A DNA stretch of 64,000 bases from Phoronis australis. Taxonomy: Eukaryota; Animalia; Phoronida. The DNA is taken from assembly GCA_002633005.1 (NCBI GenBank), contig NMRA01000002.1, forward strand, positions 132,804 to 196,803. Direction: 5' to 3'. The notes beneath the pieces were generated by a model. That model was given only the letters and a program-made list of their open reading frames with translations, was not told where the DNA came from and did not search any database. A program made the position numbers and the translations under genes. Shown here piece by piece: positions 27,272-41,611 of this stretch (position 1 is the first letter of the stretch; the number at the start of each line of letters is the position of its first letter).

Positions 27272-28597
27272 TATTGTACTTGCCCTAATAAGCGCCCATG
27301 CCCCTATGAGCGCCCCGCCCACGCATTTTTAGACTTTTCTAAAATAAGCGCCCAATCCATGAACGCCGTGTACATGCGAAAAATGCCTTACCTACACTTC
27401 TAAAATTCTACAGTAACATCTTCATTTATCAATAAGATCTGACAGTCCTGAAAAAAAAATCATTGTGCGCGGAATTTGGAGACCACGAGCCTCGTCTGTA
27501 TGTCAGTATTTAGCCGTGACTATAGACTTCGAACTTCCGCCGTGCTTCAAAAAGAACGCAAGAGCAAATCAAAGACTAATATAAACTTGACCTTTGTTCA
27601 GTTAAAAGCACGTGGGTAGGAAGCGTGCGCTACATTCAAGTACCTGTCATCGAAGATTAGTCTTCGGGAACTATCTATTCATGAAACAAGTAGCATAGTA
27701 TCGGCAAGAAATAAATGTTATTTCTGAAAGTTTCTAATACTGTAAAAAATGGTTGCGTTATTTTTAAGGGGGAATTATTAACTTAGTCGTAATGGGTGTT
27801 TTTAAAGTCAAAATGACCCACTGTAGTGAACACTTTTGCACCCTTCCCCCCCCCCAAATCTCCCGAAACATAACTATTAGACTGTCACGCATCCAGTCAC
27901 CTGGCGACTCGAAGACATCGGTCTTACCTAGACAATTCTCGAACGTTTTTTAATAGATGAGATCAACAAGTGCTAAATGAAACATGTTCTGCTTTACTGC
28001 TTGTTTTAATTTCCATAGTTCTAATGAACACCTAGATCTCGGATTTACTCTGGCTAATGAACTCTGATTACACGCACACGCTCACTCACACAATACGCAG
28101 ACAAACTTCAAAACAAACATCACGTGACAACGTGTGTTTGTCCAGAGATTTTTCTCGTGTTGCGGAGTTCGATCTAGCACAGATTTGGACTTAATATGCT
28201 GTTAATCGCGACTCCTCAGGAACTTAAAGATCTTAGGGATGCTATTTTGAAAACTTAAGGTAATTTGTTGAAACAGAACTATATTTTAAATCAAGAATTC
28301 AACTTGACGTTCGACGATTGTGAGGCAGCAACGTATCTGTCGGCGAGTTTTTGCACTGGGATTTTCTGAAAAATGCTCGTAATTTAACAACAAAGTTTTG
28401 ATAACAATGCGCTGCAATTTTGTAGAAACTCTGTCACAGGTTACAGATGAGTCAGAGAACATAAATTTGATTCTAGCTTACGATTTCACCTGTTTCAGAG
28501 ATTGGGTTTTGACCACTTTTGATCTATGATAAGCGCCCCCCCTTCCTGAAGCGAAGTTTTCTAAGTGCCCTGGGCACTTATTAGGACGAATATAGTA
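27272..28597. mobile_element. Non-autonomous pogo/Tc1-like element in AK2 intron 1
   Basis: TA-flanked imperfect TIRs ta-ttgtacttgccctaataagcgccc / gggcacttattaggacgaatatag-ta, with subterminal TAAGCGCCC repeats. Confidence 0.6.
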
Positions 28598-28869
28598 GCT
28601 ATACCTGGTCCCAGTGTGTCTCACTCAAATTGTTTGTCATGGGGGAATCAATTGTCCACATTTCAAGGACACTGCAACAATGAAAATCCAGGTCAAGATA
28701 CTTTATGCTTAAATAGTTAACAATACACATTAGGTAGAACCCCTTGCTAACATCTTTTCTGCCAGACTTCACACTTGAGCTATGTGTCTTCCTATTGTAC
28801 TGTTACATAATTCTCAAGGTCATTTTAGCCATGGTTATTTTGAATTCATTTTAGTGGGATTTTGGTATA

Positions 28870-30260
28870 GCAGTAGTAGTAGAAATAATCTTTATTTAAA
28901 AGTCAGTGAGATTTAACAATGAAATGTTAGCACAAGTGCTCCTATCCGACAAATTTAAAATCTACAAAATGAAAATACAGAACTAAAATACTAGCTTATT
29001 CTACAGTATGGAGAATATACAGAACTTAAACATAAATATAAATACAAAAGTATACATACATGTTACGGAGCGTGTAGACATCCGTATCAGTTTTCACAAG
29101 AGCAGATCTCAGAGATAAAAACCATGACTTGAGCAAGAGTGGCAAATTCATTTAAGGCAGTACATTGTCTCATTACTGATGGCAAAGAGTTCCACAGCAA
29201 AGTACCTTTATGGGAGATTGAGTTGCACCCGTAAGTCATCGTATTAAAGCATTTCACATAGAGACAGTTTTCACCTCTGAGTCCGTATCCAGACTCTCTA
29301 AATTTAAGCTTTCCTGACAAAGGACATGGTCCAATAATATGAACATTTTTGAATACTTCAGTAGATAAACATTTCATCCCCCAACTAGTTAGAGAGCAGC
29401 TCCTAGCCTTATCTAAGAGTTGTGAGTAGCTTGACTCGCTGTCATTGAACACAAACGAGGGGGCAGTGATTAAAATAGGATCTTATAAATGCGTTATATA
29501 ACTTAAGCTTACTGTTAATGCCTAAAACATTACGAAGACGGAACAAGGCATTCATTTGTCTAGAAGCTTTTTTGCAAATAATGTCAATGTGCTCATGGAA
29601 TTTTAACTGGCTGTCAAGTTGGACACTCAACAGCTTAACAGACTCTTCACACCCAATCATAGTATCACCAGACATGAGATACTTATTATTATTATTATGT
29701 ACACAATTCCTAGAAAAGATGATTGACTTAAATTTACCAGGGTTTACAGCCATTCCCTTAGAGGAGACCAATCCATTGTCATCTGCCCAGCTACCTTGGG
29801 GCTGAGGCGAACTGCAGATAGAGTGGAGCCTGCTTGCAAGAGCATATTGTCATTAGCGTAATTATATAACTTACAGTAGCCTAAAATGTATCACTGATAA
29901 AAATGTTGAATAACATGGGACCTTAGACAGACCTTTGAGGAACGCCCTTGGGGACATTTAACCAGTCACTGACAGTGGAGCCAATTTTCACTCGCATTTT
30001 TCTATCACTGAGATGGGACATGAGGTTACAGGTATTCAATGTGCAGCCATAAGCTTTTAGTTTGGCAACAAGGAGCTCATGGGGGAGGCAATCAAAAGCC
30101 TTAGACAGATCAATTAGTATGCACCCAGCAAATAAATCATTATCCAGAGCTAACCTTACATCTTCAGTTGGATGCAACAAGACATCCTGACAAAAACCTT
30201 TACGGAAAGCACATAAATTTTCATTTAAAATTTCATCAAAATGTAGTTTCAATTGGTCTA
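28870..30260 (-). mobile_element. 5'-truncated degenerate LINE (CR1/L2-type RT) in AK2 intron 1
   Basis: IDLSKAFDCLPHELL, GVPQ, KLYNAFIRSYFNHCPLV, LWNSLP in frameshifted ORFs. Minus-strand AATAAA and simple-repeat tail near 28870-28900. Confidence 0.85.
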
Positions 30261-32528
30261 GAATAAGTCAGGTGTTTAACCTTGAATTTAAAATGTGCAT
30301 TTTACCTGGCTATTGGCCAGGTTCAGATTATCAGTGATTTCAGATAATTCCATAATTTTGTGGTCTGTAACTCAATTGAAAGCTTTTAGAGGTATTGTAG
30401 TGACACCTGTTTGTGGTTTTGATAATGCTCTTTGAATGCATGTGATAGTATTTTTCAGTGCATTTTGGTTGATAAGACCACTGAGTGATTATACTACCCA
30501 CCCCCTCCCCCCTCCCGGCATGTTATGCCTGATCGTGCTGTGATGAATTCCCACCAGAAATATAATAACCAAAATTACTCATTTTCCAATTTCAAGGTCT
30601 TCCAATGTTGTGAACGAACTCAAACTTTGAAATTATCTTCTGGTGGCACACTTCTGTAAACTAACGCATGTTAAAGCATCAGTTTGATCCTACGTATCTT
30701 TTATGAAAAAATGGGAAATTGAAATTGCACATCTCCACCATTTTTTGTCCTCAGTTGATGAGATTTCAGTACAAGATTTTGTCGCCATGACTCTGTAGCT
30801 CACTCATGATTTGTTTAAAAAGCCATGTTATAAGGTAGAGTTTGTCATGTGGCCTCTGTTCTGTTAGTGTTTGGGCATAGACTTTTGAGCAAGGACATGA
30901 ATTCTCAACAAATTTGAATTTCTGTAGTCGAGATTACTGAGCTATTAAAAATTTATGATTTTAAGATGCTTAGGAGAACTGCCCAGGTTCTTTTTAATCA
31001 GAAATTCTTTGACAATTTCACCTGTTGGCTGTTATGTCTCTGCTGAAACTGCTGTGTTCAGGCTCGTTGTGTTCAGGCTCGTTGTTGTCAATTTGAAGTC
31101 AAAAGTTTATTTTTAATAGGTTTCGGACAGTCATTGATTAACTTTATTTAAGATATAGTTCTAATATTAAAGGGAAATTTGTCAAGTGATCTATACCATC
31201 TCAAGAAGACAATAATGGAGTCGTCGAGTAGCTGTTGACTGTAGAAGTGCATTCTGTGGTGGCCTAGCTGTCAGTTGTAATGCGTTTTTTTTAACCCTGT
31301 CGTTGATGTCTGTGTTCTCCATCTTGGTACTCGTCAGAATCCTGCAGTGATGTTGCTGCAAGACTCTACCATAAGTTCCACCGTTACCACTCTAGATTTT
31401 TCTTCATTTACGCCAGGTTTTAATTAAAACAAATCTCTTGAATTTTGATTATAGACAACTCAACTAACAACTAAAATACAACTAACCTACATCCTTTGAA
31501 TATCTCAAATTGTCCCTCTTTTTCAGTCATCAATTAATGTTGGCCAAATGATTAAAATCTTTGTATAATTTATCTGCCACTGGGTTATTCAGTTGTAAAG
31601 GACACCTGCCAGCCTGCAGGGTCATGGTGGTAGTGCAGTACCCGGTAGGTTAGTCAAGTCAGCCATAGCTATGCTTAGCTTTTTTGTGCAGGATGCATAA
31701 GCCATGTGGTTGTCTTCATTCACTTTTCAATTGTGACTGGTGGGCACTGCTTTTTACAATATTATGAAAATGAATAAATAAAGTTTTGTTATTTCTTGGC
31801 AAAATTATATTTCTTCAAGTATCTTGTTGGTCATTTGCTGGTCTATCCTGATACAGGTCACATTTTTTGTCTGATGGACATGGAATGAGACAAACAACAT
31901 GATTTCTCTCTAAAAGTTAAGACCTATTGCTTTTTTGGTGAAGTCGCAACAAAGATGGCGCCGTGACAGCCATTTTTTTCATTTTCATTCCATGGAGTTC
32001 TAGCTCAGTGTTCCGTTGTGGGTTTCTTCTGAAACTTGGTATGTGGACAGATCTCGTCTAGAGATTTCTGTAGTATGCTATTCGTTTTTCGCTTTGACTT
32101 TGCTGACTGCTGTCAATACAAGCATCATTAGCTTGTCTTGGTCATCGTCGTATTTGCAGATGCCCTTGCTTTCATTGTTTTCCTCTAGTTCTCAATTCTT
32201 CACTCTATTTCACTCCACAGTGTCGCTCTCCTGAGCGCTTTCATTTTGGGAATATTATCTGCTCAATAATCGGATTTTTCTAGCTTTCATGTGAAGCTTT
32301 GCAACTTTGCCAAATAAGTACACTAGTTTACTATTTCACAAGAAATGACATTAGTCTACACATTGTGGCTTGTAAAAAACAAAGCCACAGTTTGTTGTTT
32401 TTGCTCTGTAGTCACCTGAGACAGACCTTCAGATAATTAAAGCATTAACTGAGTGGCAATTTTCTGCCTGCGTCTTTATTATTATCTTAGCTGTGTGCAT
32501 TTGCTGATTAAATTTTCTTTTATTTCAG

Positions 32529-32574
32529 GCACCCAAGTTAAAACACCGATACAATGTTTGCCATTTGTCTACAG
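32529..32574 (+). CDS. AK2: Adenylate kinase 2 exon 2
   Basis: Acceptor tttatttcAG. Encodes APKLKHRYNVCHLST(G). Donor g|GTTGGT, phase 1. Confidence 0.92.
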
Positions 32575-32962
32575 GTTGGTATTAGAGAAAGTAATGAAAT
32601 ATAGTTACATGTTTGTTCAAGTTAGTATACAGTATGAGACAAAAGTAATAGACAAAATGTAATTTCCTAGTTATGAAGGATAGTCCTGCTAATAGCAGTT
32701 AATAACTACAAGGACAACAAAATTCTAATTGCAGGTGGGCTTAGCCACCAGATTGTTCTCTATTTTTCATTCTCGGTCCTGAGAAAAGACTGGTCTTATG
32801 GGTGGGGGTTGCTTGTCGTTTTGTCTGAATATTTTTGGCCTGTACTGTACTTTGGTGCTAGTCTGACCTTCATTCAACCATCAGGTAGTCTTGAAAATCT
32901 GTCATTGAGATGTTTTGTGTATAATATTGGGTTTGTTGTGTTAAATCCTCTGAACCGTTGTT

Positions 32963-34470
32963 CAATAGCGGATTTGCAGCGACGCCATATTGAAATTAGG
33001 TTAAAATGATGCATTGTGGGTGCTGTGGTCAGGATTCCGAAAGCGGCCATAGTAACAAGCATACATGTAATACGCGGTATGAGCGCGAAGAAAACTTACG
33101 GCGGATACACTTGTTGTGCTCCTGGCTGCTTCAAAAACAACAAGAGAGATAAAAATCTGAGTTCCCTGCAAACCAAGAACTTCGTGAAAAAATGGATAAA
33201 CAACATTAGGAGAGCTGGGAGTAAGGGGAGATTTAGCGCATTCAAACCAACGTGGGGCCATCTAGTAGGCAACACGTAGCCCCTCGGTTGGCCATATAGG
33301 GGCTACAATACTTCCATTCGCTTTCTGTACTCATTTCATTACTTCAGTGTATTTTAAACGGGCCGTGACCGGATTTGGGTTACCGATTTCGAGTTTTCAC
33401 CTCGTCAAAAACACATTCTACACTTAAAACTATATGATCATTTAAAAAAACTCTTACTTTCATTATTGGTTCTATCTACTTCTATACATATCTTTGATGA
33501 AGCTTAGTTGTTATAATTAAGTTGACTTTGGCGAAGAATTACAACTCCACTTTTTTGGTTGCCGTTAATTTTATCACCGCGTACGCGATAACCACAAAGC
33601 ATGTCAACTGAATCTCGTGAGTTAGGCAAAGGTTAGCGCGAGACTGAGCGGAGCGCGTGACGCTAGCGCGCGACACTTGTAAAACAGCATGAGAAGGTAT
33701 CGGGTGAGACTTGTAAGATGTGTGTCCCTTTGAATTTTTATTCGTCAAAATGCGTAATTTTACGTAACTTCCTCAAAATTACACCTGGTAACTGAGAGAA
33801 ACTCGAGCAAACCGCGACAGATTTTCATCGATTTGTTCAAGTTTTGCTGACTAAATTGTATCCAGAGTCGTGGTATGTGTTAATTATAACTCCGTGTTCC
33901 TATATGTATGGTTATTTCATTTTATTTGCTTTATTTTGAAATGAGTAACTTTTTGTGAGGATGTACTATCACCCCTGAATGCCTGCGGCATCCAGTGCGA
34001 TGTAATTGCCTAGGGGCCATCGTGTGTGCAGCGAGCATTTTCCTGGTGGAAAAAATACATATGAGAAGAAAATTCCGTCGGAGTTTCGTCTTAAAATTAA
34101 CGTCTCTAGCACATCCACGGCGAAAGCTACAAAAGTTAAGCAACACAAGAACTCTCAACTTGTCTGAAACCGGAGGAGATTTCGAAATCAACGCCGATAG
34201 CCCCAATACTGAACATGACGATAGTCGTGCCCTCGGTCACACGGTCACTGATCATAGCTACGCTGTGTTTACAAACGAGAGAGAGGACTTGCTTGGTATT
34301 ATAAAGCAAAAAATGAAACATGATTTTTAGTTTGCAAATCACTTCAAATGCACACACTATCCAGCCTGCTCAAGGCATGCCTGACCACAAGCTATCCCAT
34401 GAGCCTTCGCGCAGGAAGTAACTCGCACATGCGCAATGCGTAGTTCGTTTGCGCTGCAAATCCGCTATTG
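32963..34470 (+). mobile_element. THAP-bearing TIR DNA transposon relic (ISL2EU/Harbinger-like) in AK2 intron 2
   Basis: Perfect 19-bp inverted repeat CAATAGCGGATTTGCAGCG / CGCTGCAAATCCGCTATTG. THAP start at 33079 (YTCCAPGC...KKWINNIRR). DHSY motif plus a helical segment near 34250. Confidence 0.7.
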
Positions 34471-36235
34471 TAGACATAGACCATAGTAATACATATAAGG
34501 GCAAGGTTGTTGTACTATTAGGGATCTTTTTAACATATGTTTGTTCATTGACACAGTTCAAGAGGAAAATAGCAAAAGTGCATTAACACAAGAATAGGCA
34601 TTGCTTTGTACAGATTACTGAAAATCCAGATAGATCAGTGGCTTCCTTTGGGTGTATCTATGAATTTGGATGCTCAAATTATCATGAAATTTACGCCTGC
34701 AACAAATACGTTATTAGTTACAAAAAGTGATATTTACTTAGGAACGTTACTCAAACTTGTTAGCTTTGAAATCTTTTCCATCATAATTTTCTGCATTAAG
34801 TGCAGAGGCGTGGAATTTTCCCGTTCACACTCCCAGACGTATTGCTACAGTTTGCGCGTTGACTTTGGGTCAGTTGACCTGGACACAAATTGTCTCTGCT
34901 GTAACACCTGGATAAGATATAGAGAAATTTGACTAAAGTCTAATGACTGATTGCAGGTTACTCACATGAGAGCAATTTTCTGTCATGTGGAATTCAGCTT
35001 CGTGTGAGGGAGGTTTTTAGGAGGCGCAATGTTTTTCTGCTGAAAAATAGTTGTCTGTGAGATACCCACTGTTACTTTAGTTTAATGCATAAATTATTCG
35101 TGTCAGCTGTTTCATTAGCTAATGCCTGCTGTTTTATGTTTGTGGTCAATACAAATTTTGTGAAACTGTCTTGGATGAATGCTCCTATCAGTGGGCTAGG
35201 AATTTTGTGCTTTCTGATTACTCAATAGCAGCAGCTTACTGTTTACTGTTTAAATCGGACAATTCATTCACTATCAAACCGACATTAAGCAAATCAATGT
35301 TAATAGTAAATATGCGACTTACCATTGTTTATAACTTTGTTAAAGCTGAAAAAATTCCTTGACCCCAATTGCCATTTCAAATTTTGCATGAATCATTTGA
35401 GTATCCCTCTGCGCAACAGGGATTTGGGTGAAGTGTAAGAATTTTCATTTCCAGTGTCTAGTTCGCAAGTGCATAAACAAAATCTACTGAACAATAGAGT
35501 GATACAATAACACAACTTCACTAACTGGAAATCAAAGCAACAGTTTGAGCAATAGCATGTCCTCAAACTCAAGATATGGGAGGCGTGTCAGGTGCTTGAT
35601 GGTTGCCCAATTTCTTCAGTATCTTACTAGTCTACTGTCTGTTAATTTTGTTCTCTTATACATTCTGGACTACAATTTTTGATGGAGAAGCCAAAATTGC
35701 CACTAGACCAACTGTATAATTTTTCAGAACATGTTGTTTATTTTAAGACAAGCACTAGAACACATACAGCCTTTCTAGCTATGTCAAGCTGACCCGATAC
35801 AGAATTTCATCTTGAAGGCGTCCAGAGTGTTCAACTGGACTTCCTGACTCAAATTTCGGCACCCTATTTAAGACACCCTGTTTAAAAACCAGACGTTCAA
35901 GTAACCATTTGTGTCCCTTAACTTCATAGTGCTAAGGACTTGGAGCACATTGTTCTGTCCATAATAAAATGATTGATTTTGGATATGATGTAAGATACAA
36001 TAAAGTTTATTACAGACTCATTTTTCCACAGTAACATACTTCATTATAGGGCCTTTCGTATTACCAATTTAGTGCTGTGTACTAAAATTCTTTCTTGACC
36101 CACTAGCATTTTAGATGTTTAGACCGGTCTAAATTTAGTATGGTACTAAAGTTAGCAAGCTCGAAAAGACCGAACTAGTGAGGGAACCAAAATTGGTCCG
36201 ATTACATAAGCGCAATGCGTAAGGTTTGGTCTGCC

Positions 36236-36708
36236 CAGGCCTTTATGCAGCGTATGCCCTAGCACTAATATGGATGCCCTGGCAAGGACGCCCAATGTAT
36301 CATTTGGAGGCCCACTATCAATAGGAACCTTTCAAGTTTGGACTCACACATTGTAATGATCACTAGGAATCCTATAAAGACTAACAGTGGTGGCTCTTTT
36401 TTCAAAGCAGGAAGAAATATACAATGTGTATACAAAGTATATACAATGTTGCTATGCCCACACTTGCTTGACAGCATTGTAAAAGTCTTGGTCTGCACAG
36501 TTTTCTTTAGTAAAAATGCTCACTACAGAAAGCTGTTTTGTAAACTTAGGTGTAAAAACCTTGGTCTATGCATTTTTTGTAAAAATAAATCTGGGTGTTT
36601 GGGGGGATTGCTGGGGGTGGGGGGTTATACGTCGGAATCATGGACGCCCTGGAATATTGGGAACCCCATTTTGGACACCCTATTTTCGAAATCCTGGATG
36701 AAGGCCTG
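36236..36708. mobile_element. hAT-type MITE with perfect 8-bp TSD
   Basis: TSD ggtctgcc on both flanks; TIR CAGGCCTTTATGCAG / CTGGATGAAGGCCTG. Confidence 0.8.
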
Positions 36709-37814
36709 GGTCTGCCCTAAATTATCTCCCCATTTCACGCGAGTGTGGAGTTCTTCCCGCCTTTCCGCGCACTCTCAATGTTGTTGTCGCGCTAAATTTG
36801 GATAGCGAACTAATCCGGACTTCTGGGGGTCATAAAAATGCAGTCACGAGTCATTGCTCATGCACACCCTGAAAATTTGGGAAACCCATTTTTGACGGAT
36901 GATTTTTTGAAATTACTGGATGAATTCATGACATGATACCTATGAACTGCTCTGTACCTCAGGAGTGAGCTGTTCGTTGCTCAACAATTGATTGGGTTAA
37001 ATTTGATTTTTGCTGTGAAATGTTTCTTTTATGGAATTATGTTTCCTGCCTTACTGATTTCTTATATCAACACAAATATAGGTTTTTTTTAATTTTAGCA
37101 TCTTGATGTAACGCTAAAGTAACAAAACTCAACGTAAAACTCATGTATTTGAAATAAGCAAATTAGTCCCTTGAAATTAAAAAGAAAATATTATTCAAAG
37201 GTAGAAAGTGGATGCCGTGAAACAACAACTGCTTTGCGACATTTTTGGCAAACTGCCAAATCCTCTCAAAAAATGTAAAGTACACTCTGTGTATATATAT
37301 ATTTGTGACTGTGTGTAATTATTGGATTTTTTTCAAAAGCCTTGCACGAAGGTTGTTGACATTTAAGTTTCCCTTAACACTTTCCTACCTGAAGTAATTT
37401 TAAACTTATACCAGATTTTCATGCACCCACATATAAATATGTATAGGGATAAACAGATGATGGCTTCCATCTCTGTTTGTCCGTCTGGCGTTCTTCCGTA
37501 TCATAAGTTTGACAAATAATTTTTTGACACAATTATTTAAGGCGGATTTCACCGCTGTTGAGCTGAATACAAGAAATTGTTAACTGTTACTAATCGTTTT
37601 GGAATTTGATATACACTTACACCTTTATCTGATCCTGAAATGTTGCTGAATGAGCTGTCAACTCAAGTCACAGGCAATGGGTGTACATGTGATGTTTTCA
37701 AGTTCAACCTCATTAAACACATTTTCTTGAGATGCTGATGCTTTTGTTGCACTTGTCATTGATGGAAATGAAGTCTGGGCCTGGATACTTTAAATACACG
37801 GTAGAACTCGGAAT

Positions 37815-38115
37815 TTGTAATTTTCTATTCTACGTTTGTGCAAACTCGGAATACCATAATGTATTATCCTATACTCGAGTACATAAGGACTTGCGTGAAT
37901 AACTGTCTTAAACGATTTTGCATTTAATGACACCAGAATTAAGGCTAACAGTTCCAGTCTGGACTCGAAATTTCGAGTCTTTACTAATGAGCGTTTAGCT
38001 CAGATTTTTAAACTTTGAATAGAAACTCGTATACATAAAGTGTAATGTACTCAAGCATAGACTGATAGGCACATACCTTGAGTTCGCACAAAAGTAGAAT
38101 AGGAAATGACAAAAA
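37815..38115. repeat. Imperfect foldback/palindromic element
   Basis: ttttctattctacgtttgtgcaaactc pairs with gagttcgcacaaaagtagaataggaaa. Confidence 0.55.
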
Positions 38116-38374
38116 TAATTTCGACTTCAATTTGCAGCACTAAGATTAGATCCGAGGCTTAGGAGTGTCATCTTTTGGGCATAAGTGGATTAATTCAGTT
38201 ATCCCTTTTTTGTCTGCTTAATATCGAATCGAGGAAATACAGTTCTAAGTATTTGATAAAATCTTAATACACAATAGCCTGGTTCTGTTTCGAACACTAG
38301 ATTTAGTTGATAGTATTGGTTTTGCTTAGCTTCGTCTGGATGTTTTGATGGCGTGATTTGAATTGTTACCATAG

Positions 38375-38565
38375 GGGACATGCTGCGCGAGGTGATCAAG
38401 TCGGGCTCAGAGCTGGGCAAGAAGATCAAGACCACCATAGATAAGGGACAACTGGTCAGTGACCATCTAGTCATTCAGTTGATCAGTCACAAGCTGGACA
38501 CAAAGGAGTGCCGCAATGGTTTCCTACTCGATGGCTTCCCCAGGACGATAACACAGGCTGAGAAG
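38375..38565 (+). CDS. AK2: Adenylate kinase 2 exon 3
   Basis: GDMLR...GQLVSD...[23 protein letters not shown] boundaries in phase. Confidence 0.95.
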
Positions 38566-39700
38566 GTGGGAACTTGCAACTTCTGTGAAGCATGGTGGCA
38601 TCGAACTCTGTTAGTTTTTTTTTCTAAGAAATGTGAAGTATCGCGCACCATCGCAACAGTTCAGTGTCTTCATATTCAAACAAAGTAATATATTGATTTT
38701 TGTAGTTGAACCTGCTGTCTCTCTGCCTTCCGTCAAAAAAATGTTTCTTGGCCACTTAAAATAGTTTCTGAAAAAGGCAACAAAATTTTTCATCGGACAT
38801 CGGCACAATATCATTAAAAGTGTTTTCGGCGAATTCTCAACTGGAATTTTTTGAAGATACCAGGTGAATTTCTGCGAAAATCTTCAATTTTATTTGAGAA
38901 CTATGGTGTCATCACAAATCTGAGCCATATTTTATATGTCCAAGAAACTCAATGCACTTGTGGTGAGAAATCTTTGCTTGGGTCATAGGGGTTGCAAATT
39001 CTGTCTTTTAATTCACCAATCCAGTCACACCGACCAATCACTGCAGTGAAATTTTGCTAGGGTGCACTTGAGCAAACTTGCGATACATTCTACTTTCCCT
39101 CGCGCCATCTAATGGACATTTTTATGATACAAAAAGTACTGCTAGAAGCACATCATTTGCAGTTGCAGGGCTGTCATGAGCATATTTCAACACTGCACAT
39201 TGCTTTTGTTATTTTTTACAACTGATATTTCCATTATTTCAAAGGAAAAACAAAATTCTGAGTATTCCCGAAAGTAGACAATAAAATAGGTGTGCAACAT
39301 TACTCAAGCACTGAAGAAAAATAGATACTTAAAACTTCTGAAAGTTACGAAGAAAAATAGCCCAGAAAATAGACTGATAAAAATTGACACATAATTTAAA
39401 ATCAATATAAATTTTGAATGGTCCCAAACAACTTTAAATTTGGCTTGAAAAATGCTTTTCCTGAAATTTTATGAGTAGGGTTGAAAAATATTGTTATGAT
39501 TTTATATGATAACTTCTGTGAATATTGAATTTTTAAAAAAGTTCATGAAGGTAAAGTATTCCTTGAAGTTTCTTATTGGATTTCAGATTTGAAGTGTTTT
39601 TGTCAATGAACCGAACTCAACAGAATGCATGGTTGCGTATTAGAATATTCCATTGATTTGTGTTATTTGACAGTTTGACTCTCACTCTATAATTCATTAG

Positions 39701-39985
<285 letters not shown>

Positions 39986-41386
39986 TAAGCAAAAAGAATG
40001 ATGGACATAGCATACTCATCCAAGTCAATAACCACAGCACTTAAATTGAGAAATTCTATAGTCAGGAGGGAGCATTATGCAGTATACAGTAAAATCTCAC
40101 CAGTTTAGGACAACGTGACAGGCTTGTGACAGTTTGGTTTCTCATGTTGCATCAATGATACGCAGTACCAAATCATGCTCTGCCATATCCAGGTTCTGTA
40201 CCATATATACCAGCAGACAACATTTGGAAAAATTGATGTCATTCGCAACAATGTTTATAAGTCTTTCAAAAATGAAAAAGTGCAGTTTTGGAAATAATTT
40301 TTGCCCGAAATTGTTGAAATTTTAATGTAGGTGTTAAAAAACAAAGCTTTTGGACAAATCAGGGATGGGCATTACCTGAATGGCCAATTCGGTCCTGCAT
40401 GTGCAGGAAATAATTGAAAGCAAAAGTTCCTGTACGTGTCACAAATTTAATCAAATATTGTTTGTTAAAACCAGGTCTATAGTGGTGTAAGAATTGCAAT
40501 AATCTCGCAGGTTGTAACAGATTTTTCCAAAACAGGCTCCAAACTTTTGCTATTTTTGTCCAGTAAAGGCAGTAACTTCAAATTTTGCAAACTGTCAGTT
40601 TTATGTATTGAGCTACGACTGATGTGGAAGGTTTGTTTAAGTCTAGCATTTTTGGTGACATCTCAGCACTTTTCCAATGAAACACGAGGAGCCATGAAAT
40701 AATGTCTGTAAAGATGGCCCGGTTGAACTGACAAGATAGTCTAACTGAGACAATTGAAAGTCTTGCAAGTATGAATTCAAGCACTTTCACAGTAGGTGCT
40801 GGAAATGTCCTCCATCAGCATCTAAGGAAAACTCTGTGTGCCTTTCGAAATTAAAAAACCCGCTGCTCTATGGATTACATGTATGGAGCATGAAATTGAC
40901 ACACTGTCGAAGAAATGCTTATAAGCGTCGCTGAACAATCCTGCCGTAGTGCGTGCTACAACGTTTGTTTGCAACAGAATTGTGGATGCTTATGAAAGTT
41001 TTGAGTCTTTAGATCAAGTAGAAAATAATTGTTTTTTGCAAAAGTTTTGAGCATGTTTCGGGAGAATCACCGTGTACAGTGACTGCAACTGTCTGTGAAA
41101 AGTTTGCCGCTGCAACTTTCGCACCATTACGTGCACCAGCCTAAAGCGAAGCCTCATTAATAAGAATTCTTAAGCCACTTACCATTTAGGTAACTATGAA
41201 CTTTCAAATTTTCAATTATTTTTTTAGTTTTGTGGTACACAGTAGTCGGAATGTGACGTCAGTGTGATGCAATTGCAAAATTTATTTTCTTCACACTACG
41301 TATTTGGGTTTTGTGTGTTAAAGTGTATGTGTACGACTCGGCTGTTAATCACGGGTATTGGTTTTAGTAACTTGGCCATTTTGTAG

Positions 41387-41611
41387 ATTACGGGCGATTT
41401 GCTAATGAGGCGGTCAGATGATAATGTGGATGCATTGAAAAAGAGGCTGGAAACGTATCACAAGCAGACGATGCCGCTGGTTGACTACTACTCAAAGAGA
41501 GGCATTCACACACGCATCAATGCCGCGCAACATTCGGACACAGTGTTTGCTGGGATTCAAGCTGCATTCTCTCAGGCAAAGAGTGACAAGGACAAAGTGA
41601 TATTTATTTAG
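41387..41611 (+). CDS. AK2: Adenylate kinase 2 exon 5 (terminal)
   Basis: [13 protein letters not shown]...[16 protein letters not shown]...KDKVIFI*. The joined CDS is 738 nt (245 aa). Confidence 0.95.
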   Translation: MTGDLLMRRSDDNVDALKKRLETYHKQTMPLVDYYSKRGIHTRINAAQHSDTVFAGIQAAFSQAKSDKDKVIFI

